Shown here piece by piece: positions 1 through 13,604 of a stretch of DNA of 64,000 nt (position 1 is the stretch's first letter; every line of letters begins with the position of its first letter). A program made the position numbers and the translations under genes. The stretch is from Mobula hypostoma (taxonomy: Eukaryota). The stretch spans positions 33,792,001 through 33,856,000 of the forward strand of contig NC_086109.1 of assembly GCF_963921235.1 (NCBI RefSeq), in the 5' to 3' direction. The notes under the pieces were generated by a model. It was not told where the DNA came from. It saw only the letters and a program-made list of their open reading frames with translations, and did not search any database.

Positions 1-189
1 TCGGAATGTGTTGGGCCCAAGACAACCTTTATACTCATTGCTCCAACCAATGAAAGCTAGCACGTCATTTATCTTTTTTGCCATTTGCAACGAGCTATGG
101 ACTTGCACCTCAAGATCCCTCTGAACATCAATGCACCGAAGCGTCCTGCCATTTACTGTATACTTTCTTCTTGCATTTCATCTCCCCAA

Positions 190-400
190 ATGCAGCACTT
201 CCCACTCATCCAGATCAAACTTCTCTGCCCAAATTTATCATTAATTTATATCCTGTTGTATCTTCTGATTACTTTCATCATTATTCACAATTCTACCAAT
301 TCTCAAGTCATCTGCAAACTTATTAATAAGATCACCTAAATGTTCATTGATATCATTAATACAAACAAAGAGGCATCAGTATCAATCCTTGTGGAACACA
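190..400 (-). mobile_element. Degenerate CR1 LINE reverse transcriptase fragment
   Basis: Reverse complement resembles the CR1 RT region (VPQG..., 'aagtttgcagatgac' = KFADD) but is heavily decayed. Confidence 0.45.
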
Positions 401-458
401 AGTAGGTAGAGTAACAAAACATTCTTGCCTTCATAGGTTGAGGTGTTGACTATTGCAA

Positions 459-1085
459 GATGGTGTCATGCTTGTGGTAGTCTGTTGCAGTAGCTCCTGT
501 GTTTTGTTGTTTTTCATATTTTTAATGTTATTTTTATGTTTTCTTGTGTGTCATTCTGGATTATTGTGTACCAGGACCATTTGTGATGCTACCTTGTGTT
601 TGGAGTGAAGGTTGAGCAAAGGGTGTGTTTATTCCAGAGACTGGCTGATTGAGCTATGCAAACCAAAGCTACTCAGTGTGGCCTGAGATTGCATAGGAGC
701 TTGGGAGGTGATGCCGAGGCTGCAGGGTCGATTCAAAGGTTAACACTAAGAGGAGGAAATATAAACCTTTCATCCCTGCGATTATCATGGTAAACATAAG
801 GTCCTTGGGAACTAAGGCGGAAGAGTTTGGCACACTGATAAAGACCCAGAAGGAATACCAGGAGTGCAGTGTTTTCGTCCTTAACTGAGACCTGGCTGCA
901 CGTGCATTTCCTGGACAATAGTGCTACCATACCTGGCTTCAAGACCATCCCAGCAGATAGAGAAGTATATTATTATTCTGTACTTTATTGCTAGTTACGT
1001 CTGCACACTGCTAAGTGTGTTTTTAAATGTTGTTGATGTAACAAAAGTATTTCTCAGTCAGGATTAATAAAGTACTTATTACTAA
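459..1085 (+). mobile_element. Internally deleted Rex1/Babar-like LINE derivative inserted in a CR1 remnant
   Basis: 5' end 'aagatggtgtc', AP-endonuclease-like 'LTETWL...IPGFKTIPADR' at about 880-960, 3' end 'ggattaataaagta'. CR1 sequence lies on both sides (about 420-458 and from 1088). Confidence 0.45.
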
Positions 1086-1087
1086 TG

Positions 1088-1405
1088 GTCAGGAAGTCAT
1101 GTTGTATGTAGCTGCATAAAATTTTGATCTGTTAATATTTAGAGTATTGTGTTCAATTGTGGTTGCCATATTACAGGAAGGATACGAAGGGACTGGACAG
1201 GGTGCAGAAAAATGCCTGAATTCGAGAGCATTAGCAATAAAGAAAGGTTGGATAAAGTTGAATTATTTTCTTTGAGGTGTCAGAGACTGAGGGACACCCT
1301 GATAGAAGTACGTATTTAAGATTACGAGAGATGGTTAGAGTCTTTTTCATAGGATGGAAATGTCAAACACTGGAGGAGATACGTTTAATATCCGTGGTAG
1401 AGTAG
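1088..1405 (+). mobile_element. Old CR1 LINE 3' ORF2 fragment
   Basis: Decayed 'LEYCVQLWLPYYRKD...RVQKK' and downstream CR1 C-terminal coding sequence. Confidence 0.7.
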
Positions 1406-1412
1406 CAGGTAG

Positions 1413-2185
1413 TGTTATGCCAGTATAGCACCAGCTTATTGGTCAGAAACAACTGCAATCTACAGATCAGTGAATAGCAATAAGACAAAGGCAGTGGAAA
1501 CAGACAAATCAAAAGTCTTTGTTCTTGCCATATGGTTGCAAGAATGGGGGTGACCATTTTGTGAGACTGTCGTTGCAGCCACCATTTTGTGAACTGCTCG
1601 AACTGCTTTTTGCTCAGGGATAGCTTGCTCAGAGTAACTGAATGTGGACATGGGAGATTCTGCAAATGATCTGTCAAACCTGACAGCATTTCAAATAAGA
1701 AGTTGTTTATTATGTAAAATAACAGTTTTGTAGAAGGAATAGCCAATAATCTAGACATCTGGGCCCAGTGTTCGGTGGACCTGGTTGAACTGGTTAGAAC
1801 CAGTTTGAATTGGAAAGAAGTCACCAAAGGCACAAGGCTGAAGGAGTAGCTATAAGACAATACTGCTTGTAGCCTTGGACTACTCCCAATGAGGCGCTGA
1901 CACAGATCAGTCAGATGACCTTGAGCCAATGAAATTGAAACATCATAGATTGGTCTGATAAAGAAGAGATTAACAATGGAGAATGCAGCAAAAACTCTAT
2001 AGAGACCAACCATCATGGAAGTGGATGACCCCCCCACGCTGGACATGTGGATCAAGAGGAACACCTGGCCAGCGTAGTGGAGAGTCAGAGAAACCTAGTG
2101 GGGGTTCACACAGGTATTCTGTTCTGTACATTCAAGTACTTGTAAACTGAGCCAATAAAGGAACTTATCAGTAAATATAGATTCG
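1413..2185. mobile_element. Unclassified LTR-like segment
   Basis: Starts TGTTA, has an internal direct repeat (accattttgtga x2), a TATA-like motif near 1997 and AATAAA near 2154. No clear CA end or TSD. Confidence 0.2.
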
Positions 2186-2365
2186 CTTATGAAAGAAAAT
2201 CAAGAGAGCCAGGAATATGAGTCTAACTACAATTTTACTTTAAGCATGGCATGTACATATGCCAGGGCAGTGTAATGACATATGCAATTTACGTAGTTTT
2301 TCACAATACCCGCAGTGCATCATGTTAACAACAAAGAATGCTTATTGAAACAGTATACTATATAA

Positions 2366-2475
2366 ACAACACACACAACATGCTGGAGGAACTCAGCAGG
2401 CCGGGCCACATCTATGGAAAAGAGTACTGTCAACATTTCAGACCATGACCCTTCATCAGGACTCTTGTTTGACTG
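2366..2475 (-). mobile_element. Solo Penelope pLTR-derived short element with decayed hammerhead motif
   Basis: Reverse complement reads 'cctgatgaagggtc...tgaaatgttgacag...cctgctgagttcctccagc'. TSD tactatataa at 2356-2365 and 2476-2485. Confidence 0.75.
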
Positions 2476-4219
2476 TACTATATAATATAACTACTATAAA
2501 GACATCCACAGCATAGTAAATTTTAAATTGTCACATTCAGGCCTAAAGATTTAATTGCTGTGGAGGATTTCTTACTCTTGTGGGATAACATCTTTCCCAA
2601 CAAGTGGAATCACTCTACTTGGCAGGTGAGACTTGTGGGTGTGAAACATTCTCAGGTTCTGGGGTGGTTGTAGGAGTTGACTTCAGGACTGCAGGAAGTT
2701 GTCCTGGCAGCTTTGGACACGTTTCTTCTTTAACAATTGATCCTGCTCTTCTAAATTGATTGATGTGTCGTCTCCAGATGATATCAGACTCAATCTCCAC
2801 CGTGTAGGAAACTGGGCCAGTTCTGTTGTTAATCCCTCTGGGTACCCAATTTCGATCATCTCTGTCGTCTACAGTCCACGATTCTTTGTCCAGGAGTGAA
2901 ACATCAAACCTCCTTGTTTGAGGAGCCCTCAATTTGTCTCAGCTGTTTGTTCTGCATACTCCTTCTGAGATTGGGTTTGAGGAGATCCAAGCGTAAATGT
3001 AAAGAATGACCCAGGAACAGCATAGCTAGTGAGTTGTTGGTTGTGGAGCGTGCTGCATTGTGATATGCGAGGAGGAAATTAGTGAGAATCTGATTCAGTG
3101 TCAGTGTAGTGTGTGCTGCTGACATTCCTCACAGTGTGTTTTATAGACTCTGGGCAAAACTTTCCACCAAGCCATTTGTAGCTGAGAGATACAATGCAGA
3201 TGTAATATATCTTATTCCATTCATTTTCAGGAATGACTGAAACTGTTCCACAACAAACTGCAGTCTGGAACACCAGTCCTTGAGAAGCGGCTTCTGAACA
3301 CATCACCAGTGTGCAAGGCTGTAGTGGAGGCTGTTGTGAACACTTCTGGCCACTTAGTAGCTGCATCCACTACTACCAAGAAATTTCTGCCCATGAATGG
3401 TCCAGCAAAGTCCACATGAAACCTCTGCCAGAGCAATGCAGGCCATCCCCAGGAATGGAGAGGAGCAGCTCTTGGCATCAACTGGGCAAGTTGGCATCCT
3501 GAACAGTGCATGGCAAGCTGCTCAATCTGTTGATCTACCCCAGGCCACCAGACATATTTTTGAGCCAAATCGTTCATTTTGACCACACATAGGTGACTGA
3601 CATGTAGCTCCTCCAACACCCTAGCTCTCTGCTTGGATGGTACAACAACTCTCAATCCCCATATAAGGCAAACTCTGTCAAGGGCAAGTTCGTCTCAGTG
3701 TTGGTAAAAATGGAGGGACTGGAATTTCTGCTGCTCATTCCAACCATTCTGGGTGGCTACGTAATAGGGAGACCTTTAATTTACATTAGGGAGAGCATGT
3801 TGAGACAAGTGTCATCTTTTGTAAAATATTTTTCGGGTATTTCTTTTTCCAAGCGTAAACAGAACAGTTCATTAGCAGTTCCGTGATTAATCATCCTTTT
3901 GAATTTGACCTTTGTAATTGTGTTCTCATGAAACAGAGCCCTTCTCTGCATCGGTCTGCTGTCAGTGAAGCACCCTTCTGTGGATTGAAAATGAACTCCA
4001 GTGGTTGATAATCAGCAATGAGGGTAAACTCTCTCCCATACAGGTACTGGTTGAAATTTTCTACACCCCAAACTAGACTCAAGGCCTCTCTGTCAATCTG
4101 TGCATTTTTTTACTCTGCAGCAGGAAGGGAACGTGAAGCAAAGGCTGTGGGGTGTTCAGTTACATCACTCAGAACACTCGACTGCAACTATCCTGTAAGG
4201 CGAAGCGTCACAGACAAAC

Positions 4220-4700
4220 TTCAGAATCAGAATCAGGTTTATTATCACCAGCATGTGTCATGAAATTTGTTAACTTAGCAGCAGCTGTTCAATGAAATAC
4301 ATAATATAGAAGAAGAAGAAAAAATAAATAAATTACTGTATACGTATAATAAATAGATTTAGAAATATGCAAAAACAGAAATAATATATATTTAAAAAGT
4401 GAAGTAGTGTTCAAGGTATCAATGTCTATTTAGCAATTGGATGGTGGAGGGGAATTCGCTGTCCTTGTATCACTGAGTGTGTGCCTTCAGGCTTCTGTAC
4501 CTGATGGTAACAGTGAGAAAAGGGCATGCCCTGGGTGCTGGAGGTCCGTAATAATGGGCACTGCCTTTCGGAGGCACTGCTGCTTGAAGATGTCCTGGGT
4601 ACTTTGTATTCTAGTACCCAAGATGGAGCTGGCTAAATTTATGATCCTTTGCAGCTTCATTTGGTCCTGTACAGTAGCCCCCCTCCCCCCCCCCACAATA
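4220..4700 (-). mobile_element. Rex1/Babar LINE 3' fragment
   Basis: ORF 4487-4714 'KLQRIINLASSILG...HPGHALFSLLPSG'; (ctgatt)n tail at about 4220. Confidence 0.8.
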
Positions 4701-5639
4701 CCAGAGAGTGACAATGTGGATGATAATGTGTGAATGCAGTGTCTGATGTCACCATTTCCTTTACCTTTTGGAAAGCCACCTCATACTGTTTTGTCCGTAG
4801 CCATTTCTTCCTGAAGGAATGAGTTCAAGACATTGAGCACTGTGGACAAGTTTGGCAGAAAACTGTTATAGTAATTAACAATTCCTAAAAAGGACCACAA
4901 CTTTGACACTGGCTACTTTATCATGAATGGTATAAGGAACTGGACAAGTTCTGCAAAACTTGGATGTGGCATTTTCATTTAATGCATGTTTACTCTTGAT
5001 ATGTTTGAGTTTTTAAATGCTACCCTTGGATAATGTTGTGGCATCATTCAACACCTTTGTAAACTTGATTTCACTTGACTCTATTACAGGGCATGTGGCA
5101 TGCAAATGGTAGATGGATCTCCAATCAAGTTGTAATTGTCTCAGCCAAACACTACCCCACAATGCTGGCCCTCCTGTTTTACCACACAGAAGTCCAATGT
5201 GGCTTGTTGGTTGTTGCATTTCACTGTTACGAATGTCATTCCCACAGGAGTTATATTTCCCCAGTATGGGCTTTTCGTTGGACATCTGCAGGCTTCAGTT
5301 CAGTATCTTTGACATGGTATTCAAACTCATTTTATGGAACGACTGAAACAGCCAAGCCAGTGTCCAATTCCATTTTAATTAATTTGCCATTTACTTCTAG
5401 TGTTCACCATATTGCTCGTCTACTGTTAGTTTTCACATTATAAATCTCAATGCTAACAAGTCAGGTGTCACTCTCATCATTATCAGACTTTCATCAAAAG
5501 CGTGCAGATTGGTGCCTTTTTTGAAACTACAGCTTGACTTTTTAGCTTTTTCTCTTCCCTGTACAGTCGATTTGTTTTGTCTGCCTGAAATGCTCTTTGT
5601 ATGTGTCCTACTTTGTTGCATTATCAGGTTTAACCTTTA

Positions 5640-8488
5640 AAAGTAAAGATAGCATGCAGTCAGACTGTCAAGAAGGGCAGGCAGGTGATGGGACATAGTC
5701 ACAGCCAACAGGGTGAGTATCAGTACATTAGTGCTGCAAAATCAAAAAAGGTAGCAAATACCGTACTCAAGGTGTTGTACCTCAATGCACGGAGTATAAG
5801 AAATAAGGTGGATGATCTTGTTGCACTATTACAGATTGCCAGGTATGATATTGTGGCCATCACTGAATCGTGGCTGAAGGATGGTTGTAGTTGAAGCTGA
5901 ATGTCCAAGGTTACACATTGTATCGGAGGGATAGGAAGGTAGGCAGAGGGGGAGGCGTGGCTCTACTGGTAAAGAATGGCATCTAATCAGTAGAAAGATG
6001 TGACATAGGATTGGAAGATGTTGAATCCTTGTGGGCTGAGTTAGTAAACTGCAAGGGTAAAAGGACCCTGATGGCAGTTATATACAGGCCTCCCAACAGG
6101 GACTGGGAGGTGGACCAGAGATTACAACAAGAAATAGAAAAGGTGTGTCAAAGATGCAATATTATGATGGTCTTGGGAGATTTTAACATACAGGTCAATT
6201 GGAAAAATTAGATTGGTAATGGATCTCAAGAGAGTGAATTTGTTGAATGCCTAAGAGATGGATTTTTGAAGCAGTTTGGCATTGAGCCTACTAGGGGATC
6301 AGCTATACTGGATGAGGAGTTATGTAATGAACTGGAGGCGATTAGGGAGCTTAGGTTAAAAGAACCCTTAAGAACCAGTGATCACAATATGACTGAGATC
6401 AACTTGGAATTTGGTAGGGAGAAAGTAAAGTCTGATGTAGCAGTATTTCAGTGGAGTAAAGGAAATTGGAGCTGGCCAGAGTAAATTGGAAGGAGCTGCT
6501 GGCAGGGATGTCAGCAGAGCAGCAATGGCATGCATTTCTGGGGAGAATGAGGAAGGTGCAATACATTTGTTTTCCAAAAGTGAAAAAAAAACTCAAATGG
6601 CAAAATAGTATAACCATAACTGACAAAAGTCAAAGCTAATGTAGAAACAAAAGAGAGGGCATACAACAAAGCAAAAATTAGTGGGAAGATAGAGGATTGG
6701 GACATTTTTACAAACTACAGAGGACAACTAAAAGAATCATTAGAAGTGAAAAAATGTAATATGAAAGCAAGCTAGCAAATGTAAGGGGTTTCTTCTTTTA
6801 TGTTACTGCTAAGGCTAATGAAGATGGCTTCTTTGTTATGTTAGAATAAAATGGCTTCTCTGTGATGTTAACTGCTCAGAAAGTTCTCTTTCTAGCAGCT
6901 TGTTTGGGTTATATTACTGATAATGAGAATTGTATTCATTTGCTAACCAATTGGGATAGATGTGATTCTTTCTTGTGTGTCTGTAAGCTATTGTTTCTCG
7001 TGGGTTTTGGGGGAGAAGGCGTGTTGGGGACAGAAAGAGGAGTCGTGATGCTGTAAGCTGGGTGACGGAATGGACACCGAGCGGGAGTCCGAGGCCCAGG
7101 GCCTTTGGCGAGGAGAGGAGACGAAGGCAGACTCGTGTGGAGCATCTGGTCGACCACCATGGTTGGTTCCAGGCGGCAGGTCGAGGAGGTCGGAGGGGAT
7201 GGAATGGTGGAAAGAAGACTCCATTAATTGAGCTCCAACTGTTGTGCACGAAGTGGTTGAACTTTGATAAGACTGGCGCCTTTTACTTTCCTTTTATATT
7301 GTATCTTTATTAATTACATAGTTCCAGTAAGATCTATAGAGTGTAATCATTTAGTTGCATATGGCGTATTGTCTGTTATTTGGCGGGGTGGGGTACATCA
7401 CACAGCATCCTCACAAACTTGATTACCCAGTTTGGCAGGGCCGAAGGCTGCTCCCCCTAGACAAAAGTGAGCTGAGCGAGCCTGAGGCTTACCAGGGGCT
7501 ACACAAATAATATCAAAGTGGATAGTAAAAGCTTTTTCAAGTATGTAAAAAAGAGAGATTAGGGTGGATATAGGACTGCTAGAAAATGATGTAGGAGAAA
7601 TAATAACGGGGAACAAAGAGGTGACAGATGAACTAAATGAGTATTTTGCATCAGTCTTCACTGTGGAAGACACCAGCCATTTGCCAAATGTTGTAGCGTG
7701 TGAAGGAAGAGGAGTGGTTGCAGTTACTAATATAAGGGAAAAGGTGCTCAAAATGCTGAAGGACATAAAAGTACCTAAGTCACCCAGACCAGATGAACTA
7801 AACGCTGGGGTTCTGAAAGAGGTAGTGTTAGAGATTGTGGCAGCATTAGAAATGATCTTTCAAAAAAAATCATTGGACTCTGGCATGGTGCCAGAGGACT
7901 GGAAAATTGCAAATGTCAACCCACTCTTTAAGACAGGAGGAAGGCAGCAGAAAGGAAATTATAGACCAATTAGCCTGACCTCAGTGGTTGGGAAGATGTC
8001 AGAGACAATTGTTAAAGATGAGGTGATGGAGTACTTCATGACATAGGACAAGATAGGACAAAGTCAGCATGGTTTCCTTAAGGGAAAATCCTGTCTGACA
8101 AACCTGTTGGAATTCGTTGAGGAGATTACAAGTGGGATAGATAAAGGGGATGTTGTATACTTGGACTACCTGTTTCCTCAACACTACCTGCCCTTCCACC
8201 AATCTTCGTATCATCTGCAAACTTGGCAACAAAGCCATCTATTTCATCATCTAAATCATTTATATGCAGTATAAAAAGAAGTAGTCCTGAAACCAACCAA
8301 GATAAGAGCCATTAGTATTACAGGAAAGTTACTAACATGGTTAGAGCATTGGTTGATTAGAAGAAGGCAGTGAGTGCGAATAAATGGATCCTTGTATGGT
8401 TGGCTGCCAGTGACTAATGGTGCTCCACAGGAGTCAGTTTTGGAACCACTTCTTTTTATGCTGTATATAAATTATTTAGATGTTGAAA
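5640..8488 (+). mobile_element. CR1 LINE ORF2 (APE and partial RT), disrupted
   Basis: 'LYLNARSIRNK...VAITESWL', 'IYRPPN...GDFN', 'DWKIANV.PLFK.G...NYRPISLTSVVGK'. Interrupts the Gypsy gag and is truncated at about 8488. Confidence 0.9.
6780..7503. mobile_element. Solo LTR (724 bp)
   Basis: TGTAAG...CTACA termini; 4-bp TSD CAAA at 6776-6779 and 7504-7507. The CR1 sequence joins cleanly across it. Confidence 0.85.
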
Positions 8489-9349
8489 TTTCATTCACAC
8501 TCACTTTCATTCCTGACTGCAACTCAATTGTATTTCTCTCTGCTGTTTCCATTAACAGAGCAATCAACAGTAGTTTTGGTTCCAAATGTTCCTGCCATAC
8601 TCTCAAGATATCAGCAAAGCTCATTTCAGCTGGTTTGATTGGAGCAGTTAAACTTCTAAGCAAACTTTTTGCCTTTAAATCCAATGCACTCAGCAAAATT
8701 GGCACTCACTTCTCAACAGCTATTCCATTTGTTTTAAAATACTGCTCAATTTGCTCCATATACAATGTCCAGTTATCTGTTGTATGATCAAACAAATCAA
8801 TCCTTCTGATATAGCCAGCCATTTCTGCTCTTTTTTATGATTACTATCAGTTGGTACTCACTGTTATGAAATGTGTAATATTCTGTTTTCTGCCTTTTTG
8901 TTAAACTCGAACGTCTTTCCTTATCAAAGAAAACATGCTGCCCTGAAGAACAATAAACATGCTGCACTTTCTTAATACTCAGCCATTTCCTGCTGCGCAT
9001 TTTTTTAACTTGAGTATCTTGCCGCTTTGTTTAATAGTTGTCTCAGCTTTGTTTGATACTTCATCTTTGCCACTGTTATATTTTATAACTCCAAACATCA
9101 AAGCTACTTGGAAGGAGAACAAGGAAGCCAGGAATGTGAGTCTAACTGCATTTTTACTTCAAGCAAGGTGCATATGTATGATGTGGCGGCGTAATAACAT
9201 ATCCTACTTCAGTACTTTTACATATAACCTGCAATGTAAGTTATGTAAACAACAAACAATGCGAACAATATATTTACAATATTATGCAAATATTCATGAA
9301 ATATTAAATACTGATTATTATTATTGAGGGTTTAAACATGTCACAAGCA

Positions 9350-9745
9350 GTTCTGCTGCCTGTAAGGAGTTTGTATGTTCTCTCTGTGGCTGTGTGGGTT
9401 TCCTCAGAGTGCTCTGGTTTCCTCCCACAGTCCAAAGACTAACATGTTGATAGGTTAATTGGTTACATGGACGTAATTGGGCAGTGCCCACTCATTACTG
9501 TTCAGGGGATTTTGAAGGTGAGTTTTTTTTAACACAGAGAATGGTAGATGCCCAGAATGCATTGGTGCTGTAAGGAAAATGGAGGAAGCAGATAAAATAT
9601 CAGCATTTAAGAGGCATTTGGCAAGCACATAATAGTCAATCTAAGGAGGTATATAGATTATGTGAGAGCAGAAAGAAAATTAGATTGTTATGGTTGGCAT
9701 GATTATCATGGGCTAAGTATCTGTTCCTGTGCTCCACGTTCTTTA
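9350..9745 (+). mobile_element. V-SINE-like element (HE1-type) followed by a CR1-like 3' tail
   Basis: 'ggagtttgtatgttctctctgtggctgtgtgggtttcctc...ggtttcctcccacagtccaaagac' matches the V-domain pattern. A decayed CR1 3' end follows from about 9500. Confidence 0.65.
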
Positions 9746-10664
9746 ATCTCCAGTTAGAAAAACACTTGGCTACCATTAGCCACTGTATGGCCAAGCAAAT
9801 CTTGTATCCAGTTTACCATTTCATTGTGGATCCCATGTGACTTAAAATATAAATGGAAATTGTTGCTTTATTAATTAGATCCAGTGAATCATGGAGCTCT
9901 GAGTATGTGATACTGGAAATAATTAGATAAAATATGCATGGGATAAGTTATCCACCATTCATAAAGAGTGCGTGGTAAACCTGGTTCAGTTACTACAAGA
10001 GTAACTGGAGCTTTGAATTTTGAAAACTTTACCTGTATTCTGTCTTCAATAACATTCCAACTGTGTTTGGAGCTGGAGGTTTTTGTGCATCTGAGCATTA
10101 CAAAATACTGCTCAGTTTACTTAGTGTTTTACTCAGGGAATTCTACTTGTGCACGCTCTGCTGATACGAAAGTTAGCATTGACAGGATATGACTTTCCCC
10201 TTAACCCACTTTATCCCCTTCTTAGTTTGTAATATTATTCACTGAAGCTGATAATTCCATGATATTTAATGTACCCAGCAAAGCAGCCAAGCCAATAATT
10301 CACCGCGACAAGTCATAAAGTTGCCAGCTGCGTGTGAGAGCTGTTCCAGGAAACGAATCATCCAGGCAATATTTATTCCTGGAAACTTACAGCAGGTCAT
10401 CTTCTATGAAATATACAAACTACTGGAACAACACTGAAAAGAGAGGTTTCATAACACTAAACTCTATGTACTGACAGATATCTGTTCAACTAATTAGGCA
10501 GTTTTAATTATTACAGACAGAAATTTCAGATTGCTAAGACCTATTTAGTTGGGTGACTTTGAACTACAAGAAGGACTTAACTATGCACTTGTGTGACAAA
10601 TCCTACAGGATGCCATATTAATGTGAATATTTAGTCCATGCACAGTGGAACCTTTCTGAATATA

Positions 10665-11194
10665 CACTCAGTGGCCACATTATTAGGTACAGAAGTGTAG
10701 AAAAGTGGAACCTTGTGCAGACTAGTAAGCCAATCCCCTTCGAGATTCATCATGTAGTGTGTTCAGAGATGCTCTTCTGCACACCACTGTTGTAATGTGT
10801 TATGACTGTCACTGTCCTCTCAGCTTGAACCAGTCCAGCCATTTTCCTCTGACCTCTCTCAGTAAAGAGGCATTTTCACTCACAGAAATGCCACTTAATG
10901 GACGTTATTTGATTTTTTGCTTCATTCTCGGTAAACTCTAGAGACTGTCATGTGTGAAAATCTCAGGAGATCAGCAATTTCTGAAATACTTAATCCATCC
11001 CATCTGGCACCAACAATGATTTCACTTCAATCACATTTCTTCCACATTCTTGTGTTTGGTCTGATCAAGAACTGAATCCCTTGATCATGTCTGCATACTT
11101 CTATGCATTGAGCTGCTGCCACACGATTGGCTGATTAGATATTTCCATTAACCAGCAATTATACAGGTGTACCTAATAACGTGACTACTGAATG
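10665..11194. mobile_element. Tc1/mariner-derived non-autonomous element (MITE)
   Basis: TA|CACTCAGTGGCCACATTATTAGGTAC left TIR and a degenerate inverted right TIR. Same family as 47928-48583, in the opposite orientation. Confidence 0.8.
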
Positions 11195-11989
11195 CATGTG
11201 GAGAATGCAGATCCTGAGGTTAACCACCCCACATTATCATATGATCCCATTCTCATACTTTTGGGTCACAAATCTCAAAGCAACATGACGTGGCTGAAAT
11301 TGCAAGAGAAGCAGAAAGGAAATTCTGCAGAAGCAGTTTAAAAGTTTGCAAGTTGGTTACTGGCAAGAGTACAAGCAATCTGAATTTCTTACAAATACAA
11401 TGATATAAATTTCTTACTTGAACTGCCATATTTTCTATGTTTCTATGTTTCTATATTTGCAAATAGCATCCATTATTTTCTTACTCGTAAATCCTACTTG
11501 TCTCCTCAGGCTCTTTTTTGCATCTCAATGCTGCTTGACTGATTTTGCCAATGCTGTAGTGTTTGACATTTCTTGTAGTTGTTTTTGACAAATATTGAAA
11601 GACTTTTTCATGATTCCAAGGCGTTACTTCTCTTAGAGGTGATTTCACTGATAAATTACTCTCTTGGGGTTAAGGTTCAGCAAGAGAACAGGAAGAGTTG
11701 GCGCAGGACAGGACAAGTTTCTGGACGAGAGATGAAAGAGCAGTGTGAAAGGGCAGGATTGAGGATGTAGACTAGAGAATGCAGCAAGACACTATATGAT
11801 GTCCAAGATTCAATTTTCCGACCTGAGCCTCAGCAAGGATCAACCTGTGAGATCCCCGCACTTCATTAAAAAAGGATTAATGGAATTTGTCTCCTGACAC
11901 GGAAACATCAAGGCTGGGACTGGTGTACACTGATTAAGCTATTAGGCACACCTCCAGCACTTTTATCTATTGATCCAAAGGTATGAGTT

Positions 11990-12255
11990 GGAATATGCCA
12001 TCATGGCCATAAGGGAATTTCAATTTGGTTCTAGAAATGAAATAAAACTGGTCTCAGTACAGGAAACTTGTAACTGCTATTTCACGTAGCGATTCCAGAA
12101 AAAAAGCAAATCTGGTTCACTAATGCATGACAAGGTCAGAAACCTGCCTTCTATATCATACTTGGACCCACTCTTAATTCAGAGACAGTCAGATATGAAA
12201 AATAAGGCCACCATTGCCTACAGCATCCCTGCCCTGTGAACAAATATTAAAAGAA
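11990..12255 (+). mobile_element. Old SINE remnant
   Basis: 'atctggttcactaatg...aaacctgcc...' and an A-rich 3' end resemble a chondrichthyan SINE; very decayed. Confidence 0.35.
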
Positions 12256-13604
12256 CATAAAAACTGCTTAGTTATTGATTGGTGTGGCAAAGGCTGATGA
12301 ATTATTACACGTGTAACTCCCTCCATGCCTGAATTGGAGATAATTGCACATCCTGCAGTTTGCTCTCTACCGACGTAGAGTGAATTTGATGACACTGTAT
12401 TTAAAGATACATTAGCTGACTTTATTTAATTCTCCTTTGCCAGAGGGCACTTGGTTCCATCCGTGTCTATTAACTTCAGGGTTACTGCCCATATCCAGTT
12501 TTCAGATTCCACATGTCAGAACGGACAACGAATCTTGTAAGTTGCTGACTGGTTACAGTTACGATGATTCATTCTGCAGAAATGCTTTGTGCCAATTGCA
12601 GTAAGCCATTGTAAGAAACCAGAGGTTTCAGGTGTCAAGGGCACATTGTAGATGAGATGGGCACTCTGGTGCTCAACTCATACAAGGAGGCATAGCAAGG
12701 AAACAGTGAAACCCCATCTGCTATAACAGATAGATTAGAATGTCAGAAATCCGAGATGACACTTCAGCAGCTCTACAGTGCCTGAAATGGAGTACGTGTT
12801 AAGATAAATGGTGATCTGCTTCAGTGTTCACAACCTCATCATCAAAAAGGTGCAACCTTTGGCCTCAGCTTTGTGAGGAGTTGAGGCATCAGAATGGAAT
12901 GAACATGGCGATTAAGAAGAAGTTCAGAATTTGCAGAGTCATCTGCACCTCTTGTTTACCATCTTTCTGTCCCTATTTGTTCACCACTTTCTCTTGCACG
13001 AGGGAAGAAAATGCACCAGTTATATATTCAATCACAAATTCTCTTGAAAGAGGAGGATATGCCAAGAAGGGATGCCATAATCCTGACCAAGTTCAAGAAA
13101 GGAAACAAATCCAATTGCAGTAAATACAGAGGTATTGCCTTTGCCACAGGGAGAGTCAGCCACAATGTCCTCCTCAACTGCGTTTTCCCATTGGCTAAAG
13201 AAATGCTCCCCACATTACTGTGTGGATTCTATCCTTTGAGAGACATAATGGGCATGATAATTATTATGCATCTACTCCAAACGAAATGCAGGAAACCATA
13301 TCAACCATATAAGTGCTCTGTTTTTGGCCTTACAATCTTGATTCCATCATTCAAAAAGCCCTTTGGATCTTCACTCTCAAGTTTGGCTGCCCTCAGAATG
13401 AATTCTCCAATCAACATCTGCCACATGATGCCATAGAAGCCATAAGATTACAAACCCATTCTCGATGCACTCGGGTGTCAAGCAAAGCTGCTTCATTGCC
13501 CCAACGCTCTTCTCCACCTTTCTACCATGATGCTGCATCTATCTCCAACAAGCTTCCTCCTGAAATAGAGCAAATCTAAGAAATAAATAGGAAACTGTTC
13601 ATCC

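Larger units (their letters stand above)
2190..9310 (-). mobile_element. Degenerate Gypsy (Mag-like) LTR retrotransposon carrying nested insertions
   Basis: Integrase (ORFs 3227-3655 'LEELHVSH...YVWWPGVD...HVDFAGP', 2904-3125, 2615-2932; C-terminal tail 'RCYPTRVRNPPQQLNL'), RNase H ('LVWGVENFNQYLYGREFTLIADYQPL', 3891-4082), protease remnant at about 5200-5450, gag N-terminus 8472-8830, decayed PBS at 9062-9072, 5' LTR from 9074, related 3' LTR at about 2190-2500. Confidence 0.85.

Noticed and set aside
1363..2064. 233-aa minus-strand ORF
   Set aside because: No recognisable domain; spans repeat boundaries.
10033..10090. Possible 58-bp minus-strand exon ending CAG|GTAAAG
   Set aside because: No recognisable translation; such splice-like motifs occur by chance.
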